Of a stretch of 64,000 nucleotides of DNA, positions 9,815 to 18,174 are shown piece after piece. Each line of letters opens with the position of its first letter. Positions within the stretch are counted from its first letter, which is position 1. Position numbers and translations under genes: made by a program. The DNA comes from a bacterium (GTDB taxonomy: Bacteria; Planctomycetota; UBA8108; UBA1146), in the NCBI GenBank assembly GCA_029976805.1, contig JAPOLY010000004.1, forward strand, positions 10,178 to 74,177. The letters are read 5' to 3'. The notes beneath the pieces were generated by a model. It saw nothing but the letters and a program-made list of their open reading frames with translations, did not search any database and was not told the origin of the DNA.

Positions 9815-11782
9815 GTGATCCCCGAAAAGTCACGCCTGCTTCTGATTCTGTTTTTCGTCTCTCTTCTGATTCGCCTCGCAGTGATCAGTCAGATGTCTGC
9901 TCATGACATCAGTTTTCATTATCCCTTCGTGGATGAGATGACCAATGTCGATCAGGCTCGACTCTTCCTGGAGGAGGGGCCAGCCGCTGGAACCCCTTGG
10001 TGGAAACCCCCCGGATATCCCGCCCTTCTCGCAGTCATCGGCAGCGGCTTCGAAGATATCGGGCCGATGGGTCAGGGAGTCCCCCCTTCATGGGCATGGG
10101 CCGTCAAAGTGATTCAGGCGCTGCTCGATGCGGGGACCACCCTCCTGCTCGCACTACTGGCATTCCGTTGGGGTGGCCGTCGCGCGGCACTATGGACAGG
10201 CTTGCTCCATGGTCTGTGTGGGTTGTCTGCCTATTTTGCAGGTCAATTCCTCGACACCACTCTCTTTACTTTCCTGATCGTTCTTTCTGTGGAACGCCTC
10301 GATCATGTTCTCAATCAGGAAGACGAAAGTCGCCCAGCCCGGGAGAAATCCTGGGCTCTCGTCGGCTTCGTGACCGGTCTCGCAGCCATCACTCGCGCCA
10401 TCGCACTGCCACTCGGTCCCCTTTATTCACTGATCGTATTGCGGGCGACATGGAACACTCCTCTACGCTGGAACGCTTTCGGGGCACTGCTTCTTGGTTT
10501 TCTCATGTCAGTCGGACCGGTGATGGCCCTGAATCGTTGGGCCGGAGAAGATCGGGTTCTCATTAGTTCCAACGGTGGAATCAATTTGCTGATCGGTAAT
10601 CGGTCTGGAGGAGATATCGGTGCCGATGGGCTGACCTCAGTGGCTGCAGGACCTCGTTGGGATGAACTCCTCGAGTTGGCAGACCATTTGGAAAAGCCTT
10701 CGGAACGAAGTCAACTCTATACCCGCCTCGCCTGGGCTGAGATTTCTGCGGATCCGGGAGCCTGGCTGAAGCGAATGGGCGTCAAGGCTCTGGCCCTGAT
10801 CTCCGCCAGAGATGTTCCCAACAACAAAAATCTGGTCGCGGAAGAAGGACTGAATCCCATTTTGAAGATCCTCCGTTTCGGCCCCGGAACCTCCGGCTTC
10901 CTTATCGCACTCATGCTTTTTGGGGGCTGGAAGCTCCGCCGAGAGCTGTGGAGTCGGGGTCTTCCCATCGTGGTGACCATCGCGATTCTCACCCTCCTGA
11001 CGTGGATCTTTTTTGTTGCCGGGCGCTATCGGGTTCCCATGATCGCTCTGGGTTGCGTCCTCGGTGGTGTCGGACTGACCCGGGCTACGCTCCAATGGCG
11101 TGACGCACTTCCCCTCTTGCTCTTGAGCTTATGCACTCACCTGATCCCCATCCCTTCCAAAACATTGATGGAAACCTACTGCATCGATCCGATGGCCCTG
11201 GGGTATATCCATGAGCAACGGGGTGACCTCACTCTCGCGGAGGAGTGGTATCAAAAATGCCTGGAGCAGGATCCGGATGACGTCCGTGCACTGCACAATC
11301 TGGGGCATCTCTGTCAAAACAGGGGCGACTTCGGTATGGCCCTGCAATTCTTCGAGAAGGCTGTGATCGCCGATGCAGGTCATGCCCCTTCCTGGAATAG
11401 CCTTGGAACGATGCTGACCACTGTTGATGGCCCTCGTGCGCTGAAGTCTGTGCGCAAAGCCGTGGAGGTCGATCCCCAATACACCAACGCCTGGCTCAAC
11501 CTTGGACAATTGCTGGAATCTCAACAGATGTATCCGGGTGCACTGGATGCCTATCAAAGAGCCCGCAGACTTGAACCGGAGAATCCTCTGGCAGTGCTTC
11601 TGGAAGCGAGAGTGCGCCTGTTGAGACGTGAAACCGGGCAGGCAGAAAGGCTCCTTGAACGGACGGCAGGGAGAGAACTCTTCCCAGGTCTGGAGGAGCT
11701 GAGATCACGCTTGCAGGATCAGTTGCAAACTCTGATTGAATCAGAGACCACTTCGGATGAGAGCTCTCCCGCCGAAGACTGA
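9815..11782 (+). CDS. GT39/ArnT-like (PMT_2) membrane glycosyltransferase with C-terminal TPR repeats
   Basis: 655 aa. GTG start with AAGGAG 7 nt upstream. N-terminal multi-TM PMT_2-like region (DEMTNVDQA...WWKPPGYPALL). C-terminal TPR repeats (YQKCLEQDPDDVRALHNLGHL, FEKAVIADAGHAPSWNSLG). Confidence 0.8.
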   Translation: MIPEKSRLLLILFFVSLLIRLAVISQMSAHDISFHYPFVDEMTNVDQARLFLEEGPAAGTPWWKPPGYPALLAVIGSGFEDIGPMGQGVPPSWAWAVKVIQALLDAGTTLLLALLAFRWGGRRAALWTGLLHGLCGLSAYFAGQFLDTTLFTFLIVLSVERLDHVLNQEDESRPAREKSWALVGFVTGLAAITRAIALPLGPLYSLIVLRATWNTPLRWNAFGALLLGFLMSVGPVMALNRWAGEDRVLISSNGGINLLIGNRSGGDIGADGLTSVAAGPRWDELLELADHLEKPSERSQLYTRLAWAEISADPGAWLKRMGVKALALISARDVPNNKNLVAEEGLNPILKILRFGPGTSGFLIALMLFGGWKLRRELWSRGLPIVVTIAILTLLTWIFFVAGRYRVPMIALGCVLGGVGLTRATLQWRDALPLLLLSLCTHLIPIPSKTLMETYCIDPMALGYIHEQRGDLTLAEEWYQKCLEQDPDDVRALHNLGHLCQNRGDFGMALQFFEKAVIADAGHAPSWNSLGTMLTTVDGPRALKSVRKAVEVDPQYTNAWLNLGQLLESQQMYPGALDAYQRARRLEPENPLAVLLEARVRLLRRETGQAERLLERTAGRELFPGLEELRSRLQDQLQTLIESETTSDESSPAED

Positions 11783-11817
11783 TCCCCCTTCAGCAGATAT
11801 GAAGCCCGACTTCCGGC

Positions 11818-13482
11818 TCAGGGCCGTGGCTGGCCCTTCCATACCGTCAGATAATCGCGGCGAATCTGATCTTCGCCTTTGCCCCGGATCCAGACGTAGT
11901 TTCCGGTCACAATATCCATGTTCCCATCTCGATCGAGGTCATCGAGATGAACGGCAGAGTGAACCGGATTGCCCACCTCCAGGGTTTTAACATCCCACGC
12001 CTTGGAATCTCCGAGATTTTCCGCCCACACCAGCGAGTCCCACTGCCCCCATTCCTCCGATGAAATCTGCGGCATGAATGCAGCACCGACCACATCGTAA
12101 TCGCCGTCACCATCGAGATCACCGACAGCGGCGCGCTCACAACCGGGCAACAACAGGATTTCATGGAAACCCACAAATTCTTTCCCCACTCGCTCCAGCC
12201 AACGAACTCCATGAACCGGTTTGGGAGTGTGGTCATCGAGTGTGTCGCCATTGACCAACAGCAGGTCCCGATCCCCATCCCGGTCAATATCGACCCGCAT
12301 CAGATCGGAGGACCCCCAAGCCGCATGGGGAAGGCGCAAGAGTTCCTTCATGGTGAAACTGCCGTCGCCCTCGTTGGTAAACTGAACCAGAACTTCGTGC
12401 TCCTGTGAGAGCAGGGCGATAATATCTTCGTCCTCATCGTCATCGACGTCATCGAGGATCGCCGCGACAAATCCGTCGCGTTCATCGAGGGTTTTGACGA
12501 CGAACTGATCCTGGATGTTTTTCAACCACAACAGTTTCCCGGGACCACGAAAGCCGAACGCACAAACGACCATGTCCGTATCCCCATCCAGATCAAGGTC
12601 TGCCACGTCGATGTCACAGGCTCTTCCCAGATTCACGGGGACCGATACGGTTCTCCAGCCACCACCCTCTGAGAGGATGTAGGAAACACCACCCTTTTCT
12701 TCATCGGTAGGATTCATACCCCCGAGGCTGGCGACAAAAATGTCGAGCTTTCGATCATTGTTGTAGTCACCGTGACTGATCGCTGCGGGATAATTGAAAT
12801 CGACAGGACCCATGAAGGGTCGAAGCGCCCCCGAGTCGATGGATCCGTAAGGGATCGCCATCAACCGCCGGCTTCTCAACTCGGAAATCAAAATCCCCTG
12901 GGGAACTCCTCTTTCACCCTTGAGCAACATGATGTCTGAAACCGCGGGGATGCGTTCCTTTTCCAGCCCTCTGGGAGTCAGACCGATCACTTCAAACTGC
13001 AAGTCCTCCTCCGCGGGATGACGAACCGTCGCCAAAGATTCCGGGGCTTCCCTTTCATACCAATAAAGTGCGATGGCCAGCTCTTCGGGAGTCGGCGGTG
13101 GCTGATTCCAAGGCCCATTCATTTCTGCCATCGAAAGGATCACTTTTTCCCAGGCAGCCTTCGGAAGGGCATCCGCAGGCAACGGTGAATGACAGCGACT
13201 GCATGCTCCCATCACCAGATTCTCAGCTTGTGCGATCTGCTCCTCAGTGGGAGTCGGCAAGTCTGACCGCTTGAGTTGGGGTTCCATGAGAAAAGAGAGA
13301 GACTCTTCGGGGATGGTCGCTTTGGAAGGTGATGAGACGGATGTTTCCGTTTTGGAATCCGGCTCAGGAGTCTCAGAGACCTTCTCAACGGGCACTGCAG
13401 GTCTTTCAGCGGTGCAACCTGTCAAAACCCCACCGATGATCAAGAGATGGGTCAAAAACGATTTTTGGACCAATTTGATCAC
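11818..13482 (-). CDS. FG-GAP / ASPIC-UnbV-like repeat lipoprotein
   Basis: ORF 11818..13509. A GTG at 13482 gives MIKLVQKSFLTHLLIIGGVLTGC|TA, a clean lipoprotein signal; GTG at 13509 is the alternative. Multiple DxDxDGxxD Ca-binding FG-GAP-like repeats (DLDGDTDMVV, DIDRDGDRDLLLV, DLDGDGDYDVV, DLDRDGNMDIV). Confidence 0.7.
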   Translation of the reverse strand: MIKLVQKSFLTHLLIIGGVLTGCTAERPAVPVEKVSETPEPDSKTETSVSSPSKATIPEESLSFLMEPQLKRSDLPTPTEEQIAQAENLVMGACSRCHSPLPADALPKAAWEKVILSMAEMNGPWNQPPPTPEELAIALYWYEREAPESLATVRHPAEEDLQFEVIGLTPRGLEKERIPAVSDIMLLKGERGVPQGILISELRSRRLMAIPYGSIDSGALRPFMGPVDFNYPAAISHGDYNNDRKLDIFVASLGGMNPTDEEKGGVSYILSEGGGWRTVSVPVNLGRACDIDVADLDLDGDTDMVVCAFGFRGPGKLLWLKNIQDQFVVKTLDERDGFVAAILDDVDDDEDEDIIALLSQEHEVLVQFTNEGDGSFTMKELLRLPHAAWGSSDLMRVDIDRDGDRDLLLVNGDTLDDHTPKPVHGVRWLERVGKEFVGFHEILLLPGCERAAVGDLDGDGDYDVVGAAFMPQISSEEWGQWDSLVWAENLGDSKAWDVKTLEVGNPVHSAVHLDDLDRDGNMDIVTGNYVWIRGKGEDQIRRDYLTVWKGQPRP

Positions 13483-13640
13483 GTTCTGCTCGATGAATTC
13501 GTTGCTCACTGGAATCCCCCCCTAACTCAATCATAGAATAACACCCAGATTGAGGGCGTCATCCCCGGGTAAACTGAATCGACCCGTTAGAGGCCTGTCA
13601 TACCGGACCCCACGCACATTTTTGCCTTCGAGGAGGAACT

Positions 13641-14666
13641 TTGAACCATTTCCAATCACGATCAGGTCAACGGGATCTTTTTTTCCCGATATGCCTGACG
13701 GCTCTTTTCAGCCTCATTTTTGGTCTGGGTCTTCCTCTTCTTCTCGAGGCGAAGGCGCCGGCCCCATTCATTACTGAAGACAAAGAACCCACTTTCAAGA
13801 CCCCGGAAGCGCTTCAAAAGTTCAAGGATGCCTGCGTCATTTTTTCTGAGAAGAACTGGAAGGAAGCGACCAAGGCTTTTCAGGAGATCGTCAAGGAAAC
13901 GGCGGACAAGGCTTCGCGCAAGATCGTCGATGCCTATGTCGACGCCGCCAAGGGTGGAAAAAAGCTGGATCGTATCAGCAAGGACATCGAAAAGAAAAAT
14001 TGGCGCAAGGCCTGGACTGGCTGGCTGACCCAACAGAAAAAATATGGCTCGACACCCCTGTCCACCCACCTCGATGAATTGCACAAAACCATCTATCCGG
14101 AATTGTTTTTCGATCTTGCGACCTTCGAAACCGATCCGCCTGAGCCGGAAAAAAAAGCCCGCGAGGCATGGCCCGAAAATCAAACACGCCTGACGCAAGA
14201 TCCTGACGTGATTCATGAAGGCAAGGGAGCCCTGATCTGGTCTGCAGGAAACTCCGGAGGAGCGGGATTCGGCGGCTTTGGAAACTTTGCATTCGGGAGA
14301 TTGCCGCTGGCCAGTCTTGAAGAGGTGGTCGTCGATGATTACCGGTGGCTGAATTTCTCGATCTTCAATGAAGACGACAACTTTGGGAAATACATCGTCT
14401 ACTTCGGTACTGATCCGATTCAGGGCGGCAATCAGGGCTGGGCCAATACGGGCGGACTCGCCGGCTATCTGCGCAACAATTGCTATTCACACCAGATCAC
14501 GATCCGTCGCAAAGGCTGGAATCATTTCCGTGTCGATCTCGCCAGAGAACTGAAAAAGGATCCCAATCTGACCTGGACCGACATTCAGTCGATGATCCTG
14601 CTGACGGTTCCCCCGTCGCACAAGAAAACGCTCGTCATCGATGCCGTCAAGCTGGAGAGACCCTAG
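13641..14666 (+). CDS. hypothetical secreted protein
   Basis: 341 aa. TTG start 3 nt after AGGAGGA. Hydrophobic N-terminus (LFFPICLTALFSLIFGLGLPLLLEA). No recognisable domain. Its stop overlaps the truB stop (CTAG). Confidence 0.5.
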   Translation: MNHFQSRSGQRDLFFPICLTALFSLIFGLGLPLLLEAKAPAPFITEDKEPTFKTPEALQKFKDACVIFSEKNWKEATKAFQEIVKETADKASRKIVDAYVDAAKGGKKLDRISKDIEKKNWRKAWTGWLTQQKKYGSTPLSTHLDELHKTIYPELFFDLATFETDPPEPEKKAREAWPENQTRLTQDPDVIHEGKGALIWSAGNSGGAGFGGFGNFAFGRLPLASLEEVVVDDYRWLNFSIFNEDDNFGKYIVYFGTDPIQGGNQGWANTGGLAGYLRNNCYSHQITIRRKGWNHFRVDLARELKKDPNLTWTDIQSMILLTVPPSHKKTLVIDAVKLERP

Positions 14667-15586
14667 TCCGTCTCAGCCTTCGATTCCGGGTTGCGGATCC
14701 CTCTGGAGAGCCAACGACGCGCCTTGATGGTGCCGTCCTCTGCAGGCTCCAGGATTCCCTGAACCACGCCACCGGACCACGCCACGTAATCTTCTGAAAT
14801 CTGCCCGGGGATTTGCTGACCCTGTGCGAGAGCCCGGCACTCGGAGTCCGTGAGTTCCTGCTTCGGCAGATGGTCGACCAACCGCTCCAGCGGCCACCAC
14901 TCCGATCTGCCAATTTGATCGATACGAGTCGAATCAGCGAGGGTGTGGATTCCACAAGCGGTTCTCTGCAAGCCAATCAGGGTTGCCGGCACCTCCAATG
15001 CCGATCCCAGATCATGGGCCAGGCTCCGGATGTAGGTCCCGGGACCACAATCGATTCGCAGGCGGCAACGGGGACCATCCACTTCCAACAACTCCAGAGC
15101 ATCGATTCGAACCTCACGGGGTTTCATGTCGACTTCCACTCCAGCACGGGCTTCCTCATAGGAGCGACGACCGTCGACACGGATCGCACTGTGACGGGGA
15201 GGGACCTGCATTTGCACACCGAGGAACTGCGGCAGAACAGCCTCGATAGCAGCTCTGGGCGGAATCGCTACGGGCTCCTCAGGTCGCCAAAGAGGACCCT
15301 CTGCGTCACCACTGTCACTCCCCAACCCCCACCAGATCGTTGCGACGTAACTCTTGTCGTGAACCGTGAGCCACTGCTGGAATTTACTGCCCAAACCTCC
15401 GGTGAGAACCATGACTCCGCTCGCGAGAGGATCGAGAGTTCCACAGTGGCCGAGCCCCCGAAACCCCACCTGGCGCTGGACACGATTAACCACTGCACGG
15501 GAAGATGGTCCCCGCGGTTTCCAGACGACGATGCCGCCATCCAGAATCTCTTCATCATTTCGCGATTTTCGGGATCGGCGACCCAT
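14663..15586 (-). CDS. truB: tRNA pseudouridine(55) synthase TruB
   Basis: ORF 14663..15625 trimmed to MGRRSRKSRND. This region parallels E. coli TruB (MSRPRRRGRD...GHTGALDPLATG; here GHCGTLDPLASG), including the catalytic Asp motif. Confidence 0.85.
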   Translation of the reverse strand: MGRRSRKSRNDEEILDGGIVVWKPRGPSSRAVVNRVQRQVGFRGLGHCGTLDPLASGVMVLTGGLGSKFQQWLTVHDKSYVATIWWGLGSDSGDAEGPLWRPEEPVAIPPRAAIEAVLPQFLGVQMQVPPRHSAIRVDGRRSYEEARAGVEVDMKPREVRIDALELLEVDGPRCRLRIDCGPGTYIRSLAHDLGSALEVPATLIGLQRTACGIHTLADSTRIDQIGRSEWWPLERLVDHLPKQELTDSECRALAQGQQIPGQISEDYVAWSGGVVQGILEPAEDGTIKARRWLSRGIRNPESKAETD

Positions 15587-15749
15587 ACCACCCACAATTC
15601 CGATTGCGGCCCCAGCAGAAAGCACGGTTCTTCCTGAATCGAATTATCTAAACCAATTCCTGCTCAGTTGCCACTGATCGCAAGAACTGAAGGGAGGGTT
15701 GCACATAGACCGACCGTTTCCTGACAGCACAGGACACGGTGGATGAATA

Positions 15750-16102
15750 TGGTGGAGGCGCCGGGAGTCGAACCCGGGTCCCGAAACGTTTCCCGCCGAG
15801 CTTCTACAGGCATAGTCCGTTCTTTAAAACCGAGGTCAGCTCCAACGGACAGGATCCGATCCACGGTCGCCAGTTCGATCTCGCCTCAAAGACCACTGGC
15901 AGGGTCTTCTTCGGCCAGTCCAGTAAAATGGCCCTCCGTCCGCAGCCCTGGACATGCTGCGGGGGAAGGGGCGCCAGTATTAGGCAGCCAGTGCGAAGTT
16001 GTTGTTCGCAGTCAAAACTTTTGCCGGTGTTTAAGGAGGCCTCCGGACAACCTCCACCTGCCACACGACGTTCCATCGTCCGGTCGAAACCGTTTCGCCC
16101 CC
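15750..16102 (-). ncRNA. ssrA: tmRNA (ssrA), tag peptide ANNNFALAA
   Basis: Minus-strand 5' GGGGGCGAAACGGUUUCGACCGGAC... and 3' ...GGGUUCGACUCCCGGCGCCUCCACCA. The tRNA-like acceptor stem has G3:U70 (alanine identity). Internal ORF gcg aac aac aac ttc gca ctg gct gcc taa = ANNNFALAA* at 15980-16009. Adjacent to smpB. Confidence 0.92.
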
Positions 16103-16204
16103 GATAGAACTGCGTTCACTGTCACAACAGCAAACGTGTGATTTCTTAATGTATCCTGATTTACGGATTCGGCAAGGAATCCTGACAAGGCAAAGCCCCA
16201 CTCG

Positions 16205-16654
16205 TCAGCGACGGCGACGCATTTCGCGGTCGATCTCCCGCTTGGTTTCCCTGTCTTTTGTGGCCTTGCGCTTGTCATGGGCCTTCTTGCCGCGACCGAT
16301 CCCGATCTCGACCTTGACCTTGCCCTTCTCATTGAAATAGATCTTCAGGGGGACGATGGTCAGCCCCTTTTCCTCCATCTTGACTCGCAATTGATTTGCT
16401 TCTCTTTTGTGAAGCAGAAGCTTCCGTTTGCGGGTCGGCTCATGGTTGGAGTATCCGCCATGGCTGTATTCAGCAATGCGCACCTTGTGCATGAAAGCCT
16501 CGCCCGTCTCAACACGAACAAACCCATCGACCATTTCACATTGGCCTGCACGAAGACTCTTGACCTCGGAGCCCTGCAGGACAATTCCTGCCTCCAGAGT
16601 ATCAAGGATCTCCAGTTCGAAGCGTGCCCGTCGATTCTGGGCCACCACCTTCAT
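16205..16654 (-). CDS. smpB: SsrA-binding protein SmpB
   Basis: ORF 16205..16705 trimmed to MKVVAQNRRARFE (SmpB N-term IAQNKKA-like) with GAGGAAGG RBS. Basic C-terminal tail. Confidence 0.9.
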   Translation of the reverse strand: MKVVAQNRRARFELEILDTLEAGIVLQGSEVKSLRAGQCEMVDGFVRVETGEAFMHKVRIAEYSHGGYSNHEPTRKRKLLLHKREANQLRVKMEEKGLTIVPLKIYFNEKGKVKVEIGIGRGKKAHDKRKATKDRETKREIDREMRRRR

Positions 16655-16749
16655 CGCATCGATTCCTTCCTCGCTACCCGATCCACCCCGAAATATCGGG
16701 GTCAAGGAAGAGTTTTACCATGAACTGGGCCAACATCGTCGGGGAGTCT

Positions 16750-16778
16750 TGACTTTCCCGGGGGGAAAGGATATTCAT
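16750..16778 (+). promoter_or_regulatory. putative promoter for the tRNA-Leu/tRNA-Val pair (TTGACT-N17-TATTCA)
   Basis: TTGACT at 16750-16755, 17-nt spacer, TATTCA at 16773-16778, about 10 nt before the tRNA-Leu 5' end. Confidence 0.35.
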
Positions 16779-16788
16779 GCTTTCTTGT

Positions 16789-16877
16789 GCCGAAGTGGCG
16801 GAACTGGCAGACGCGCCAGGTTCAGGTCCTGGTCCGGTTTATACCGGGTGGAGGTTCGAATCCTCTCTTCGGCACCA
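16789..16877 (+). tRNA. tRNA-Leu (anticodon CAG), long variable arm
   Basis: GCCGAAG...CTTCGGCACCA acceptor. D-arm TGGCGGAACTGGCAGACGCG nearly identical to E. coli tRNA-Leu. Anticodon stem-loop CCAGG-TTCAGGT-CCTGG. Variable stem CCGG/CCGG. T-loop GGTTCGAATCC. Confidence 0.88.
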
Positions 16878-16891
16878 ACCTTAAAACTTGG

Positions 16892-16968
16892 GGGCGTTTA
16901 GCTCAGCTGGCTAGAGCGCATCGTTCACATCGATGAGGTCACTGGTTCGAGTCCAGTATCGCCCACCA
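16892..16968 (+). tRNA. tRNA-Val (anticodon CAC)
   Basis: GGGCGTT-TA-GCTCAGCTGGCTAGAGC. Anticodon stem-loop CATCG-TTCACAT-CGATG. T-arm ACTGG-TTCGAGT-CCAGT. 3' ATCGCCC-A-CCA. One U6:U67 mismatch in the acceptor stem. Confidence 0.78.
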
Positions 16969-16979
16969 TCCAGAATTCA

Positions 16980-17021
16980 AAATCCCGCTTCAGCCATGGG
17001 CTGAAGCGGGATTTCTTTTTG
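16980..17021. terminator. rho-independent terminator after the tRNA pair (bidirectional)
   Basis: aaatcccgcttcagcc-atgg-gctgaagcgggattt followed by cttttt. A-tract on the left serves the convergent minus-strand gene ending at 17040. Confidence 0.7.
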
Positions 17022-17039
17022 GCATTCACGGTAATGCGA

Positions 17040-17234
17040 TTAACGATCCGGGCCACGTTCAAGGCTGTCGAGGATGTCATCGTTCATCTCCCCCATCAAA
17101 AACAGGCGGACCGCCTGATCTTTGGTGTATCGGGGATGGGGCCGTTTTTGCTTCTTCAAACGTTTGTCATTCAGCAAGTAGACCACCGGAACGGCAGCAA
17201 TGACGACGAATAGAATCCCCAGGGCTATTTCCAT
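17040..17234 (-). CDS. small single-TM membrane protein (64 aa), hypothetical
   Basis: ORF 17040..17327 trimmed to MEIALGILFVVIAAVPVVYLLNDKRLKKQKRPHPRYTK with AGGAGAAG RBS. Confidence 0.45.
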   Translation of the reverse strand: MEIALGILFVVIAAVPVVYLLNDKRLKKQKRPHPRYTKDQAVRLFLMGEMNDDILDSLERGPDR

Positions 17235-17334
17235 GCTTCTCCTGCCTGGAGGCAAAATTCTTCTGCCTCTCTGAGGCGAACGTTGGTGACGATTCGGGGT
17301 ATCCCGTCCCGCGAAAAAATGTCTCATAGCCCGT

Positions 17335-17392
17335 CAAAATAAAAGAGGCGAGGCCAACGACACCGTTTGGGGTGAATCGCTGGCCCGCCTCT
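17335..17392 (-). terminator. rho-independent terminator (minus strand) about 210 nt downstream of the rhodanese/CstB operon
   Basis: Minus-strand RNA agaggcgggcc...ggccucgccucu followed by UUUUAUUUU. Stem arms 17345-17355 and 17382-17392. Confidence 0.5.
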
Positions 17393-17601
17393 GAGGAGGT
17401 GCATTGGCAGCTGAGATAACTCTCTATTTCAGGCACTCCGACCTTGAGATTCGGCAGTGCCTTCATCGTCTCGACCCGGACTCCACTCAAAGGTCTCTTT
17501 AACCTCTGAGCAGGGATGGGAAGTCCCAGGCCGCCCCCCGCAGCTTTTCAAGTCGGGAGGACTCTCTCTTCAACTTCTATGAAATCGTTCCCACTCCTGC
17601 A

Positions 17602-18174
17602 TCAACCACAGTTGATACAGGAACGCGGGCGATTCCAGGGGAGCCACGAGATCACCGTGGCCAAGCCACAAGTTCCGCTGGCTCCGGCATGGATCAAGCC
17701 CAATCCAATTGCGACTGAACCGATCCAATAGAGCGAATTCACAAAAATAGCCAAACAGGACAGGCTTAAAATCAGGGATCCAGCCACCATCTGGGTCTGC
17801 CTCATGACATCAACCCTTGACCCAGCCTGACGAGTTCTCACTTCAAAACCTGCAGAGGTCCAATTGCGGATTCCTTCAGCGAGATGGAATCCGTCACCCC
17901 CCTCTATTAACCAGCGCTGTAACGCCTCTTCGGAACGAATACCGGTACGACAGTAAAAAATCGGTATACGCTTCCCAATGAATATCTGAAGGGTTTCAAA
18001 GTCAAAAGTTGAAAGCGGGTGCGAAAGTGCTCCTGAAATCGCCTCTGCCTGAAACTCAGCATGTTCTCGCACATCGATCAGCAGCGCATGTCCACTATCC
18101 ATCAGTGCTCGGGACTCTTCATTCGAAAGCCCTCTCTGAAGATTCTTTTCGACCGTTTGTTTTTCCATGTCCAT
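17602..18174 (-). CDS. rhodanese-domain protein with C-terminal DUF2892-like membrane segment (YgaP-like)
   Basis: ORF 17602..18177; ATG at 18174 overlaps the TGA of the upstream gene by 1 nt. Rhodanese core with catalytic Cys (IFYCRTGIRS). Hydrophobic C-term with conserved Cys (GASGTCGLATVISWLPW). Confidence 0.75.
   Translation of the reverse strand: MDMEKQTVEKNLQRGLSNEESRALMDSGHALLIDVREHAEFQAEAISGALSHPLSTFDFETLQIFIGKRIPIFYCRTGIRSEEALQRWLIEGGDGFHLAEGIRNWTSAGFEVRTRQAGSRVDVMRQTQMVAGSLILSLSCLAIFVNSLYWIGSVAIGLGLIHAGASGTCGLATVISWLPWNRPRSCINCG

Noticed and set aside
15739-16141. ORFs 15739..16107 and 15743..16141 (+)
   Set aside because: They lie entirely within the tmRNA gene on the opposite strand.
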